Shown: positions 21,510 through 35,005 of the stretch, one piece after another
Layout: each line of letters opens with the position of its first letter
Numbering within the stretch: position 1 is the stretch's first letter
Source: Eledone cirrhosa
Taxonomy: Eukaryota
Assembly (NCBI GenBank): GCA_964016885.1
Contig: OZ024742.1
Coordinates: 359,972,001-360,036,000, forward strand
DNA length: 64,000 nucleotides
Reading direction: 5' to 3'
Notes under the pieces: generated by a model
Databases searched by the model: none
What the model saw: the letters and a program-made list of their open reading frames with translations, nothing else
What the model was told of the DNA's origin: nothing
Translations under genes and position numbers: made by a program

Positions 21510-24500
21510 AAGGCTGGCATGTGAAGCTGGAGAAGATAGATAGAAAGGTTGTGATGTGAAGGTGGAGAAGAGATAGAAAGTCTGTGATATGAAGGTGGAG
21601 AAGAGATAGAAAAGCTGAGATTTGAAGGAGGAGGAGAGAGATAGAAAGGCTGCGATGTGAAGGAGGAGAAGATAGATAGGCTGAGATGTGAAGGTAGAGA
21701 AGGGAGATAGAAAGGCTGAGATGTGAAGGAAGAGAAGAGAGGTAGAAAGGCTGGGATGTGAAGTTGGAGAAAAGAGATAGAAATGCTGAGATGTGATGGA
21801 GGATAAAAGAGATAGAAAGGCTGAGATGTGTAGGAGGAGAAGAGAGATAGAAAGGCTGGGATGTGAAGGTGTAGGAGAGACATAGAAAGGCTGGGATGTG
21901 AAGGTCGAGGAGAGACATAGAAAGGCTGGGATGTGAAGGTGGAGGAGAGAGATGGAAAGGCTGAGATGTGAAGGAGGAGAAGAGAAATAGAATGGCTGGC
22001 AGGTGAAGGAGGAGGAGAGAGATATAAAGGCTGGGATGTGAAGGTGGAGAAGAAAGATAGAAAGGCTGGGATGTGAAGGAGGAGAAGAGAGATAGAAAGG
22101 CTGAGATGTGAAGGTAGAGAAGAGAGATAGAAAGGCTGGGATGTGAAGGAGGAGATTAGAGATAGAAAGGCTGAGATGTGAAGGTTGAGAAGAAAGATAG
22201 AAAGGCTGGGATGTGAAGGAGGAGAAGAGAGATAGAAAGGCTGAGATGTGATGGAGGAGAAGAGAGATAGAAAGGCTGGGATATGAAGGTGGAGAACAGA
22301 TATAGAAAGGCTGAGATGTGAAGGAGGAGAAGAGAGATAGAAAGGCTGGGATGTGAAGGTGGAGAAGAAAGATAGAAAGGCTGGGATGTGAAGGAGGGGA
22401 AGAGAGATGGAAAGGCTGCAATGTGAAGGAGGAGAAGAGAAATAGAATGGCTAGCATGTGAAGGAGGAGGGAAGATAGATAGAAAGGCTGTGACGTGAAG
22501 GTGGAGAAGAGATAGAAAGGCTGAGACGTGAAGCAGGAGAAGATAGATAGATAGGCTGAGATGTGATGGAGGAGAAAAGAGATAGAAAGGCTGAGATATG
22601 AAGGTGGAGATGAGAGATATCAAGGCTGGCATGTGAAGATGGAGAAGAGAGATATAAAGGCTGGCATGTGAAGATGGAGAAGAGAGATAGAAAGGCTGGG
22701 ATGTGAAGGAGGGGAAGAGAGATGGAAAGGCTGAGATGTGAAGGAGGAGAAGAGAAATAGAATGGCTGGCAGGTGAAGGAGGAGGAGAGAGATATAAACG
22801 CTGGGATGTGAAAGTGGAGATGAGAGATGGAAAGGCTGGAATGTGACGGAGGAGAAAAGAGATAGATAGGCTGAGATGTGATGGAGGAGAAAAGAGATAG
22901 AAAGGCTGAGATGTGAAGGAGGAGAAGAGAGATAGAAAGGCTGGCATGTGAAGGTAGAGAAGGGGATAGATAGGCTATGATGTGAAGGTGGAGAAGAGAT
23001 AGAAAGGCTCGGATTTGAAGGTGGAGAGGAGAGATATAGATGCTGTGATGTGAAGGTGGAGAAGAGATAGAAAGGCTGGGACTTGAAGGAGGAGAAGAGA
23101 GATAGAAAGGCTGGGATGTGAAGGAGGAGAAGATAGATAGAAAGGCAGTGATGTGAAGGTGGAGAAGAGATAGAAAGGCTGGGATGTGAAGGTGGAGAAG
23201 AGAGATGGAAAGGCTGAGATATGAAGGAGGAGAAGAGAGATAGAAAGGCTGAGATGTGAAGGAGGGGAAGAGAGATAGAAAGGCTGCGATGTGAAGGAGG
23301 AGAAGATAGATAGATAGGCTGGGATGTTAAGTAGGAGAAGAGAGATAGAAAGGTTGGGATGTGAAGGTGGAGAATAAAGGTAGAAAGGCTGAGATGTGAA
23401 GGAAAAGAAGAGAGATAGAAAGGCTAGGATGTGAAGGTGGAGAAGAGAGATGGAAATGCTGGGATGTGAAGCTGGAGAAGAGAGATAGAAAGGCTGGGAT
23501 GTGAAGGAGGAGAAGAGAGATGGAAAGGCTGAGATGTGAAGGAGGAGAAGAGAGATAGAAAGGCTGTGATGTGAAGGAGGAGAAGAGAGATAGAAAGGCT
23601 GGGATGTGAAGGTGGAGAATAGAGATAGAATGGCTGAGATGTGAGGGAAAAGAAGTGAGATAGAAAGGCTAGGATGTGAAGGAGGAGAAGAGAGAGAGAA
23701 AGGCTGGGATGTGAAGTGGAGTAGAAAGATAGAAAGGCTGGGATGTGAAGGAGGAGAAGAGAGATGGAAAGGCTGAGATGTGAAGGAGGAGAAGAGAAAT
23801 AGAAAGGCTGGGATGTGAAGGTGGAGGAGAGAGATAGAAACGCTGGGATGTCAAGGTGGAGATGAGAGATTGAAAGGCTGGGATGTGAAGTTGGAGAGGA
23901 GAGATAGAGAGGGAAGGATGTGATGGAGGAGAAGAGAGATAGAAAGGCTGGCATGTGAAGGTGGAGAAGATAGATAGAAAGGTTGTGATGTGAAGGTGGA
24001 GAAGAGATAGAAAGTCTGTGATATGAAGGTGGAGAAGAGATAGAAAAGCTGAGATTTGAAGGAGGAGGAGAGAGATAGAAAGGCTGCGATGTGAAGGAGG
24101 AGAAGATAGATAGGCTGAGATGTGAAGGTAGAGAAGGGAGATAGAAAGGCTGAGATGTGAAGGAAGAGAAGAGAGGTGGGAAAGGCTGGGATGTGAAGTT
24201 GGAGAAAAGAGATAGAAATGCTGAGATGTGATGGAGGATAAAAGAGATAGAAAGGCTGAGATGTGTAGGAGGAGAAGAGAGATAGAAAGGCTGGGATGTG
24301 AAGGTGTAGGAGAGACATAGAAAGGCTGGGATGTGAAGGTCGAGGAGAGACATAGAAAGGCTGGGATGTGAAGGTGGAGGAGAGAGATGGAAAGGCTGAG
24401 ATGTGAAGGAGGAGAAGAGAAATAGAATGGCTGGCAGGTGAAGGAGGAGGAGAGAGATATAAAGGCTGGGATGTGAAGGTGGAGAAGAAAGATAGAAAGG

Positions 24501-27500
24501 CTGGGATGTGAAGGAGGAGAAGAGAGATAGAAAGGCTGAGATGTGAAGGTAGAGAAGAGAGACAGAAAGGCTGGGATGTGAAGGAGGAGATTAGAGATAG
24601 AAAGGCTGAGATGTGAAGGTTGAGAAGAAAGATAGAAAGGCTGGGATGTGAAGGAGGAGAAGAGAGATAGAAAGGCTGAGATGTGATGGAGGAGAAGAGA
24701 GATAGAAAGGCTGGGATATGAAGGTGGAGAACAGATATAGAAAGGCTGAGATGTGAAGGAGGAGAAGAGAGATAGAAAGGCTGGGATGTGAAGGTGGAGA
24801 AGAAAGATAGAAAGGCTGGGATGTGAAGGAGGGGAAGAGAGATGGAAAGGCTGCAATGTGAAGGAGGAGAAGAGAAATAGAATGGCTAGCATGTGAAGGA
24901 GGAGGGAAGATAGATAGAAAGGCTGTGACGTGAAGGTGGAGAAGAGATAGAAAGGCTGAGACGTGAAGCGGGAGAAGATAGATAGATAGGCTGAGATGTG
25001 ATGGAGGAGAAAAGAGATAGAAAGGCTGAGATATGAAGGTGGAGATGAGAGATATCAAGGCTGGCATGTGAAGATGGAGAAGAGAGATATAAAGGCTGGC
25101 ATGTGAAGATGGAGAAGAGAGATAGAAAGGCTGGGATGTGAAGGAGGGGAAGAGAGATGGAAAGGCTGAGATGTGAAGGAGGAGAAGAGAAATAGAATGG
25201 CTGGCAGGTGAAGGAGGAGGAGAGAGATATAAACGCTGGGATGTGAAAGTGGAGATGAGAGATGGAAAGGCTGGAATGTGACGGAGGAGAAAAGAGATAG
25301 ATAGGCTGAGATGTGATGGAGGAGAAAAGAGATAGAAAGGCTGAGATGTGAAGGAGGAGAAGAGAGATAGAAAGGCTGGCATGTGAAGGTAGAGAAGGGG
25401 ATAGATAGGCTATGATGTGAAGGTGGAGAAGAGATAGAAAGGCTCGGATTTGAAGGTGGAGAGGAGAGATATAGATGCTGTGATGTGAAGGTGGAGAAGA
25501 GATAGAAAGGCTGGGACTTGAAGGAGGAGGAGAGAGATAGAAAGGCTGGGATGTGAAGGAGGAGAAGATAGATAGAAAGGCAGTGATGTGAAGGTGGAGA
25601 AGAGATAGAAAGGCTGGGATGTGAAGGTGGAGAAGAGAGATGGAAAGGCTGAGATATGAAGGAGGAGAAGAGAGATAGAAAGGCTGAGATGTGAAGGAGG
25701 GGAAGAGAGATAGAAAGGCTGCGATGTGAAGGAGGAGAAGATAGATAGATAGGCTGGGATGTTAAGTAGGAGAAGAGAGATAGAAAGGTTGGGATGTGAA
25801 AGTGGAGAATAAAGGTAGAAAGGCTGAGATGTGAAGGAAAAGAAGAGAGATAGAAAGGCTAGGATGTGAAGGTGGAGAAGAGAGATGGAAATGCTGGGAT
25901 GTGAAGCTGGAGAAGAGAGATAGAAAGGCTGGGATGTGAAGGAGGAGAAGAGAGATGGAAAGGCTGAGATGTGAAGGAGGAGAAGAGAGATAGAAAGGCT
26001 GTGATGTGAAGGAGGAGAAGAGAGATAGAAAGGCTGGGATGTGAAGGTGGAGAATAGAGATAGAATGGCTGAGATGTGAGGGAAAAGAAGTGAGATAGAA
26101 AGGCTAGGATGTGAAGGAGGAGAAGAGAGAGAGAAAGGCTGGGATGTGAAGTGGAGTAGAAAGATAGAAAGGCTGGGATGTGAAGGAGGAGAAGAGAGAT
26201 GGAAAGGCTGAGATGTGAAGGAGGAGAAGAGAAATAGAAAGGCTGGGATGTGAAGGTGGAGGAGAGAGATAGAAACGCTGGGATGTCAAGGTGGAGATGA
26301 GAGATTGAAAGGCTGGGATGTGAAGTTGGAGAGGAGAGATAGAGAGGGAAGGATGTGATGGAGGAGAAGAGAGATAGAAAGGCTGGCATGTGAAGGTGGA
26401 GAAGATAGATAGAAAGGTTGTGATGTGAAGGTGGAGAAGAGATAGAAAGTCTGTGATATGAAGGTGGAGAAGAGATAGAAAAGCTGAGATTTGAAGGAGG
26501 AGGAGAGAGATAGAAAGGCTGCGATGTGAAGGAGGAGAAGATAGATAGGCTGAGATGTGAAGGTAGAGAAGGGAGATAGAAAGGCTGAGATGTGAAGGAA
26601 GAGAAGAGAGGTGGGAAAGGCTGGGATGTGAAGTTGGAGAAAAGAGATAGAAATGCTGAGATGTGATGGAGGATAAAAGAGATAGAAAGGCTGAGATGTG
26701 TAGGAGGAGAAGAGAGATAGAAAGGCTGGGATGTGAAGGTGTAGGAGAGACATAGAAAGGCTGGGATGTGAAGGTCGAGGAGAGACATAGAAAGGCTGGG
26801 ATGTGAAGGTGGAGGAGAGAGATGGAAAGGCTGAGATGTGAAGGAGGAGAAGAGAAATAGAATGGCTGGCAGGTGAAGGAGGAGGAGAGAGATATAAAGG
26901 CTGGGATGTGAAGGTGGAGAAGAAAGATAGAAAGGCTGGGATGTGAAGGAGGAGAAGAGAGATAGAAAGGCTGAGATGTGAAGGTAGAGAAGAGAGACAG
27001 AAAGGCTGGGATGTGAAGGAGGAGATTAGAGATAGAAAGGCTGAGATGTGAAGGTTGAGAAGAAAGATAGAAAGGCTGGGATGTGAAGGAGGAGAAGAGA
27101 GATAGAAAGGCTGAGATGTGATGGAGGAGAAGAGAGATAGAAAGGCTGGGATATGAAGGTGGAGAACAGATATAGAAAGGCTGAGATGTGAAGGAGGAGA
27201 AGAGAGATAGAAAGGCTGGGATGTGAAGGTGGAGAAGAAAGATAGAAAGGCTGGGATGTGAAGGAGGGGAAGAGAGATGGAAAGGCTGCAATGTGAAGGA
27301 GGAGAAGAGAAATAGAATGGCTAGCATGTGAAGGAGGAGGGAAGATAGATAGAAAGGCTGTGACGTGAAGGTGGAGAAGAGATAGAAAGGCTGAGACGTG
27401 AAGCGGGAGAAGATAGATAGATAGGCTGAGATGTGATGGAGGAGAAAAGAGATAGAAAGGCTGAGATATGAAGGTGGAGATGAGAGATATCAAGGCTGGC

Positions 27501-28815
27501 ATGTGAAGATGGAGAAGAGAGATATAAAGGCTGGCATGTGAAGATGGAGAAGAGAGATAGAAAGGCTGGGATGTGAAGGAGGGGAAGAGAGATGGAAAGG
27601 CTGAGATGTGAAGGAGGAGAAGAGAAATAGAATGGCTGGCAGGTGAAGGAGGAGGAGAGAGATATAAACGCTGGGATGTGAAAGTGGAGATGAGAGATGG
27701 AAAGGCTGGAATGTGACGGAGGAGAAAAGAGATAGATAGGCTGAGATGTGATGGAGGAGAAAAGAGATAGAAAGGCTGAGATGTGAAGGAGGAGAAGAGA
27801 GATAGAAAGGCTGGCATGTGAAGGTAGAGAAGGGGATAGATAGGCTATGATGTGAAGGTGGAGAAGAGATAGAAAGGCTCGGATTTGAAGGTGGAGAGGA
27901 GAGATATAGATGCTGTGATGTGAAGGTGGAGAAGAGATAGAAAGGCTGGGACTTGAAGGAGGAGGAGAGAGATAGAAAGGCTGGGATGTGAAGGAGGAGA
28001 AGATAGATAGAAAGGCAGTGATGTGAAGGTGGAGAAGAGATAGAAAGGCTGGGATGTGAAGGTGGAGAAGAGAGATGGAAAGGCTGAGATATGAAGGAGG
28101 AGAAGAGAGATAGAAAGGCTGAGATGTGAAGGAGGGGAAGAGAGATAGAAAGGCTGCGATGTGAAGGAGGAGAAGATAGATAGATAGGCTGGGATGTTAA
28201 GTAGGAGAAGAGAGATAGAAAGGTTGGGATGTGAAGGTGGAGAATAAAGGTAGAAAGGCTGAGATGTGAAGGAAAAGAAGAGAGATAGAAAGGCTAGGAT
28301 GTGAAGGTGGAGAAGAGAGATGGAAATGCTGGGATGTGAAGCTGGAGAAGAGAGATAGAAAGGCTGCGATGTGAAGGAGGAGAAGAGAGATGGAAAGGCT
28401 GAGATGTGAAGGAGGAGAAGAGAGATAGAAAGGCTGTGATGTGAAGGAGGAGAAGAGAGATAGAAAGGCTGGGATGTGAAGGTGGAGAATAGAGATAGAA
28501 AGGCTGAGATGTGAGGGAAAAGAAGTGAGATAGAAAGGCTAGGATGTGAAGGAGGAGAAGAGAGAGAGAAAGGCTGGGATGTGAAGTGGAGTAGAAAGAT
28601 AGAAAGGCTGGGATGTGAAGGAGGAGAAGAGAGATGGAAAGGCTGAGATGTGAAGGAGGAGAAGAGAAATAGAAAGGCTGGTATGTGAAGGTGGAGGAGA
28701 GAGATAGAAACGCTGGGATGTCAAGGTGGAGATGAGAGATTGAAAGGCTGGGATGTGAAGTTGGAGAGGAGAGATAGAGAGGGAAGGATGTGATGGAGGA
28801 GAAGAGAGATAGAAA
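21510..28815. repeat. Higher-order repeat C, 3 x ~2435 bp, preceded by a longer related unit at ~18295-21510
   Basis: ORFs at 22156, 24591 and 27026 are offset by 2435; TGTAGGAGAGAC marker at 18425, 21870, 24305 and 26740. Confidence 0.9.
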
Positions 28816-31800
28816 GGCCGAGATGTGAAGGAGGAGAGGAGAGATAGAAAGGCTGGGATGTGAAGGTGGAGAAGAGAGACAGAAAGGCTGAAATGTGAAG
28901 AAGGAGAAGAGAGATAGAAAGGCTGGGATGTGAAGGTGGAGAAGAGAGATAGGAAGGCTGGAATGTGAAGGGAGAGAAGAGAGATAGAAAGGCTGAGGTG
29001 TGAAGGGAGAGAAGAGAGATAGAAAGGCTTGGATGTGAAGGTGGAGAAGAGAGGCAGAAAGGCTGAGATGTGATGATGGAGAAGAGAGATAGAAAGGCTG
29101 TGGCGTGAAGGAGTAGAAGAGAGATAGAAAGGCGGGGATGTGAAGGTGGAGAAGTGAGATAGAAAGGCTGGGATGTGAAGGTGGAGAAGAGAGATAGAAA
29201 GGCTGGGATGTGAAAGAGGAGAAGATAGATAGAAAGGCTGCGACGTGAAGGTGGAGAAGAGAGATATAAAGGCTGGCATGTGAAGGTGGAGAAGAGAGAT
29301 AGAAAGGCTGGGATGTGAAGGTGGAGAAGAGAGGTAGAAAGGCTGGGATGTGAAGGTAGAGAAGAGAGATAGAAACGCTGTGAGTGAAGGTGGAGAAGAG
29401 AGATAGAAAGGCTGAGATGTAAAGGTGGAGAAGAGATAGAAAGGCTGGGATTTGAAGGAGGAGGAGAGAGATAGAATGGCTGCGATGTGAAGGAGGAGAA
29501 GATAGATATAAAGGCTGGGATGTGAAGGTGGAGAAGAGAGATAGAAAGGCTGGGATGTGAAGGTGGAGAAGAGAGATAGAAAGGCTGGGATGTGAAGGTG
29601 GAGAAGAAAGATAGAAATGATGGGATTTGAAGTAGGAGGAGAGAGATAGAAAGGCTGAGATGTGAAGGAGGAGAAGATAGATATAGAGGCTTGGATGTTA
29701 AGGTGGAGAAGAGAGATAGAAAGGCTGGGATGTGAAGGTGGAGAAGAGAGATAGAAAGGCTGCGATGTGAAGGAGGAGAAGATAGATAGAAAGGCTGTGA
29801 TGTGAAGGTGGAGTAGAGAGATAGAAAGGCTGGGATGTGAAGGTGGAGAAGAGAGATAGAAAGGCTGGCATGTGAAGGTAGAGAAGAGAGATAGAAAGGC
29901 TGGCATGTGAAGGTGGAGAAGATAGATAGAAAGGTTGGGATGTGAAGGTGGAGAAGAGATAGAAAGTCTGTGATATGAAGGTGGAGAAGAGATAGAAAAG
30001 CTGAGATTTGAAGGAGGAGGAGAGAGATAGAAAGGCTGCGATGTGAAGGAGGAGAAGATAGATAGGCTGAGATGTGAAGGTAGAGAAGGGAGATAGAAAG
30101 GCTGAGATGTGAAGGAAGAGAAGAGAGATAGAAAGGCTGGGATGTGAAGTTGGAGGAGAGAGATAGAAGGGCTGGGGTGTGAAGGAGGAGAAGATAGATA
30201 GAAAGGTGGGATGTGAAGGAGGAGAAGATAGATAGAAAGGTGGGATGTGAAGGTGGAGAAGATAGATAGAAAGGCTGGGATGTGAAGGAGGAGATGATAG
30301 ATATAAAGGCTGGGATGTTAAGGTGGAGAAGAGAGATAGAAAGGCTGAGATGTGAAGGTGGAGAAGAAAGATAGAAAGGCTGGGATGTGAAGGTGGGGAA
30401 GAGAGATATAAAGGCTGGGATGTGAAGGTGGAGAAGAAAGATAGAAAGGCTGGGATGTGAAGGAGAAGAGAAATAGAAAGGCTGAGATGTGATGGAGGAG
30501 AAGAGAGATAGAAAGGCTGAGATATGAAGGTGCAGAAGAGATATAGAAAGGCTGAGATTTGAAGGAGGAGAAGAGAGATAGAAAGGCTGGGATGTGAAGG
30601 AGGAGAATTGAGATAGAAAAGCTGGGATGTGAAGGTGGAGAAGAAAGATAGAAAGGCTGGGATATGAAGGATGAGAAGAGAGATGGAAAGGTTGAGATGT
30701 GAAGGAGGAGAAGAGAAATAGAAAGGCTGGGATGTGAAGGTGGAGGAGAGAGATAGAAACGCTGGGATGCGAAGTTGGAGATGAGAGATAGAAAGGCTGG
30801 CATGTGAAGGTGGAGAGGGGAGATAGAGAGGCTGGGATGTGACGGAGGAGAAGAGAGATAGAAAGGCTGGGATGTAGAGTTGGATAAAAGAGATAGAAAG
30901 GCTGAGATGTGATGGAGGAGAAAAGGGAAAGAAAGGCTGAGATGTGAAGGAGGAGAAGAGAAATAGAAAGGCTGTCGTGTGACGGTGGAGAAGAGAAATA
31001 GAAAGGCTGAGATGTGAAGGAAGAGAAGAGAGATAGAAAGTCTGGGATGTGAGGGTGGAGGAGAGAGATAGAAAGGCTGAGATGTGAAGGTGGAGAAAAG
31101 AGATAGAAAGGCTGAGATGTGAAGGTGGAGAAGAGAGATAGAAAGGCTGAGCTGTGAAGGTGGAGAAGATGGATAGAAAGGATGGGATGTGAAGGTGTTG
31201 AAGAGAGATAGAAAGGCTGGGATGTGAAGGTGGAGAAGAGAGATAGAAAGGCTGAGATGTGAAGGAGGAGAAGAGAGATAGAAAGGCTGGGATGTGAAGG
31301 TGGAGAAGAGAGATAGAAAGGCTGGGATGTGAAGGTGGAGAAGAGAGATAGAAATGCTGGGATGTGAAGGTGGAAGAGAGCGATAGAAAGGCTGGGAAGT
31401 GAAGGTGTAGAGGAGACATAGAAAGGCTGGGAAGTGAAGGGGGAGAGGAGAGATAGAAATGCTGGGATGTGACCGAGCAGAAGAGAGATAGAAAGGCTGG
31501 GATGTGAAGGAGGAGAAGATAGATAGAAAGGCTGGGATGTGAAGGTGGAGAAGAGAGATAGAAAGGCTGGAATTTGAAGGTGAAGATGAGAGATAGAAAT
31601 GCTGGGATGTGAAGGTGGCGTAGAGTGATAGAAAGGCTGGGATGTGACGGAGGAGAAGAGAGATAGAAAGGCTGAGATGTGAAGGAAGTGAAGAGAGATA
31701 GAAAGTCTGGAATGTGAAGGTGGAGGACAGTGATAGAAAGGCTGAGATGTGAAGGTGGAGAAGAGAGATAGAAAGGCTAGGATGTGAAGGAGGAGAAGAG

Positions 31801-34800
31801 AGAGAGAAAGGCTGGGATGTGAAGTGGAGTAGAAAGATAGAAAGGCTGGGATGTGAAGGAGGAGAAGAGAGATGGAAAGGCTGAGATGTAAAGGAGGAGA
31901 AGAGAAATAGAAAGGCTGGTATGTGAAGGTGGAGGAGAGAGATAGAAACGCTGGGATGTCAAGGTGGAGATGAGAGATTGAAAGGCTGGGATGTGAAGTT
32001 GGAGAGGAGAGATAGAGAGGGAAGGATGTGATGGAGGAGAAGAGAGATAGAAAGGCCAAGATGTGAAGGAGGAGAGGAGAGATAGAAAGGCTGGTATGTG
32101 AAGGTGGAGAAGAGAGACAGAAAGGCTGAAATGTGAAGAAGGAGAAGAGAGATAGAAAGGCTGGGATGTGAAGGTGGAGAAGAGAGATAGGAAGGCTGGA
32201 ATGTGAAGGGAGAGAAGAGAGATAGAAAGGCTGAGGTGTGAAGGGAGAGAAGAGAGATAGAAAGGCTTGGAGTGAAGGTGGAGAAGAGAGGCAGAAAGGC
32301 TGAGATGTGATGATGGAGAAGAGAGATAGAAAGGCTGTGCGTGAAGGAGTAGAAGAGAGATAGAAAGGCGGGGATGTGAAGGTGGAGAAGTGAGATAGAA
32401 AGGCTGGGATGTGAAGGTGGAGAAGAGAGATAGAAAGGCTGGGATGTGAAAGAGGAGAAGATAGATAGAAAGGCTGCGACGTGAAGGTGGAGAAGAGAGA
32501 TATAAAGGCTGGCATGTGAAGGTGGAGAAGAGAGATAGAAAGGCTGGGATGTGAAGGTGGAGAAGAGAGGTAGAAAGGCTGGGATGTGAAGGTAGAGAAG
32601 ACAGATAGAAACGCTGTGAGTGAAGGTGGAGAAGAGAGATAGAAAGGCTGAGATGTAAAGGTGGAGAAGAGATAGAAAGGCTGGGATTTGAAGGAGGAGG
32701 AGAGAGATAGAATGGCTGCGATGTGAAGGAGGAGAAGATAGATATAAAGGCTGGGATGTGAAGGTGGAGAAGAGAGATAGAAAGGCTGGGATGTGAAGGT
32801 GGAGAAGAGAGATAGAAAGGCTGGGATGTGAAGGTGGAGAAGAAAGATAGAAATGATGGGATTTGAAGTAGGAGGAGAGAGATAGAAAGGCTGAGATGTG
32901 AAGGAGGAGAAGATAGATATAGAGGCTTGGATGTTAAGGTGGAGAAGAGAGATAGAAAGGCTGGGATGTGAAGGTGGAGAAGAGAGATAGAAAGGCTGCA
33001 ATGTGAAGGAGGAGAAGATAGATAGAAAGGCTGTGATGTGAAGGTGGAGTAGAGAGATAGAAAGGCTGGGATGTGAAGGTGGAGAAGAGAGATAGAAAGG
33101 CTGGCATGTGAAGGTAGAGAAGAGAGATAGAAAGGCTGGCATGTGAAGGTGGAGAAGATAGATAGAAAGGTTGGGATGTGAAGGTGGAGAAGAGATAGAA
33201 AGTCTGTGATATGAAGGTGGAGAAGAGATAGAAAAGCTGAGATTTGAAGGAGGAGGAGAGAGATAGAAAGGCTGCGATGTGAAGGAGGAGAAGATAGATA
33301 GGCTGAGATGTGAAGGTAGAGAAGGGAGATAGAAAGGCTGAGATGTGAAGGAAGAGAAGAGAGATAGAAAGGCTGGGATGTGAAGTTGGAGGAGAGAGAT
33401 AGAAGGGCTGGGGTGTGAAGGAGGAGAAGATAGATAGAAAGGTGGGATGTGAAGGAGGAGAAGATAGATAGAAAGGTGGGATGTGAAGGTGGAGAAGATA
33501 GATAGAAAGGCTGGGATGTGAAGGAGGAGATGATAGATATAAAGGCTGGGATGTTAAGGTGGAGAAGAGAGATAGAAAGGCTGAGATGTGAAGGTGGAGA
33601 AGAAAGATAGAAAGGCTGGGATGTGAAGGTGGGGAAGAGAGATATAAAGGCTGGGATGTGAAGGTGGAGAAGAAAGATAGAAAGGCTGGGATGTGAAGGA
33701 GAAGAGAAATAGAAAGGCTGAGATGTGATGGAGGAGAAGAGAGATAGAAAGGCTGAGATATGAAGGTGGAGAAGAGATATAGAAAGGCTGAGATTTGAAG
33801 GAGGAGAAGAGAGATAGAAAGGCTGGGATGTGAAGGAGGAGAATTGAGATAGAAAAGCTGGGATGTGAAGGTGGAGAAGAAAGATAGAAAGGCTGGGATA
33901 TGAAGGATGAGAAGAGAGATGGAAAGGTTGAGATGTGAAGGAGGAGAAGAGAAATAGAAAGGCTGGGATGTGAAGGTGGAGGAGAGAGATAGAAACGCTG
34001 GGATGCGAAGTTGGAGATGAGAGATAGAAAGGCTGGCATGTGAAGGTGGAGAGGAGAGATAGAGAGGCTGGGATGTGACGGAGGAGAAGAGAGATAGAAA
34101 GGCTGGGATGTGGAGTTGGATAAAAGAGATAGAAAGGCTGAGATGTGATGGAGGAGAAAAGGGAAAGAAAGGCTGAGATGTGAAGGAGGAGAAGAGAAAT
34201 AGAAAGGCTGTCGTGTGACGGTGGAGAAGAGAAATAGAAAGGCTGAGATGTGAAGGAAGAGAAGAGAGATAGAAAGTCTGGGATGTGAGGGTGGAGGAGA
34301 GAGATAGAAAGGCTGAGATGTGAAGGTGGAGAAGAGAGATAGAAAGGCTGAGATGTGAAGGTGGAGAAGAGAGATAGAAAGGCTGAGCTGTGAAGGTGGA
34401 GAAGATGGATAGAAAGGATGGGATGTGAAGGTGTTGAAGAGAGATAGAAAGGCTGGGATGTGAAGGTGGAGAAGAGAGATAGAAAGGCTGAGATGTGAAG
34501 GAGGAGAAGAGAGATAGAAAGGCTGGGATGTGAAGGTGGAGAAGAGAGATAGAAAGGCTGGGATGTGAAGGTGGAGAAGAGAGATAGAAATGCTGGGATG
34601 TGAAGGTGGAAGAGAGCGATAGAAAGGCTGGGAAGTGAAGGTGTAGAGGAGACATAGAAAGGCTGGGAAGTGAAGGTGGAGAGGAGAGATAGAAATGCTG
34701 GGATGTGACCGAGCAGAAGAGAGATAGAAAGGCTGGGATGTGAAGGAGGAGAAGATAGATAGAAAGGCTGGGATGTGAAGGTGGAGAAGAGAGATAGAAA

Positions 34801-35005
34801 GGCTGGAATTTGAAGGTGAAGATGAGAGATAGAAATGCTGGGATGTGAAGGTGGCGTAGAGTGATAGAAAGGCTGGGATGTGACGGAGGAGAAGAGAGAT
34901 AGAAAGGCTGAGATGTGAAGGAAGTGAAGAGAGATAGAAAGTCTGGAATGTGAAGGTGGAGGACAGTGATAGAAAGGCTGAGATGTGAAGGTGGAGAAGA
35001 GAGAT
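28530..35005. repeat. Higher-order repeat D, 2 x ~3236 bp
   Basis: GGACAGTGAT marker at 31725 and 34961; ORF pairs 29698/32934 and 30318/33554 are offset by 3236. Confidence 0.9.
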
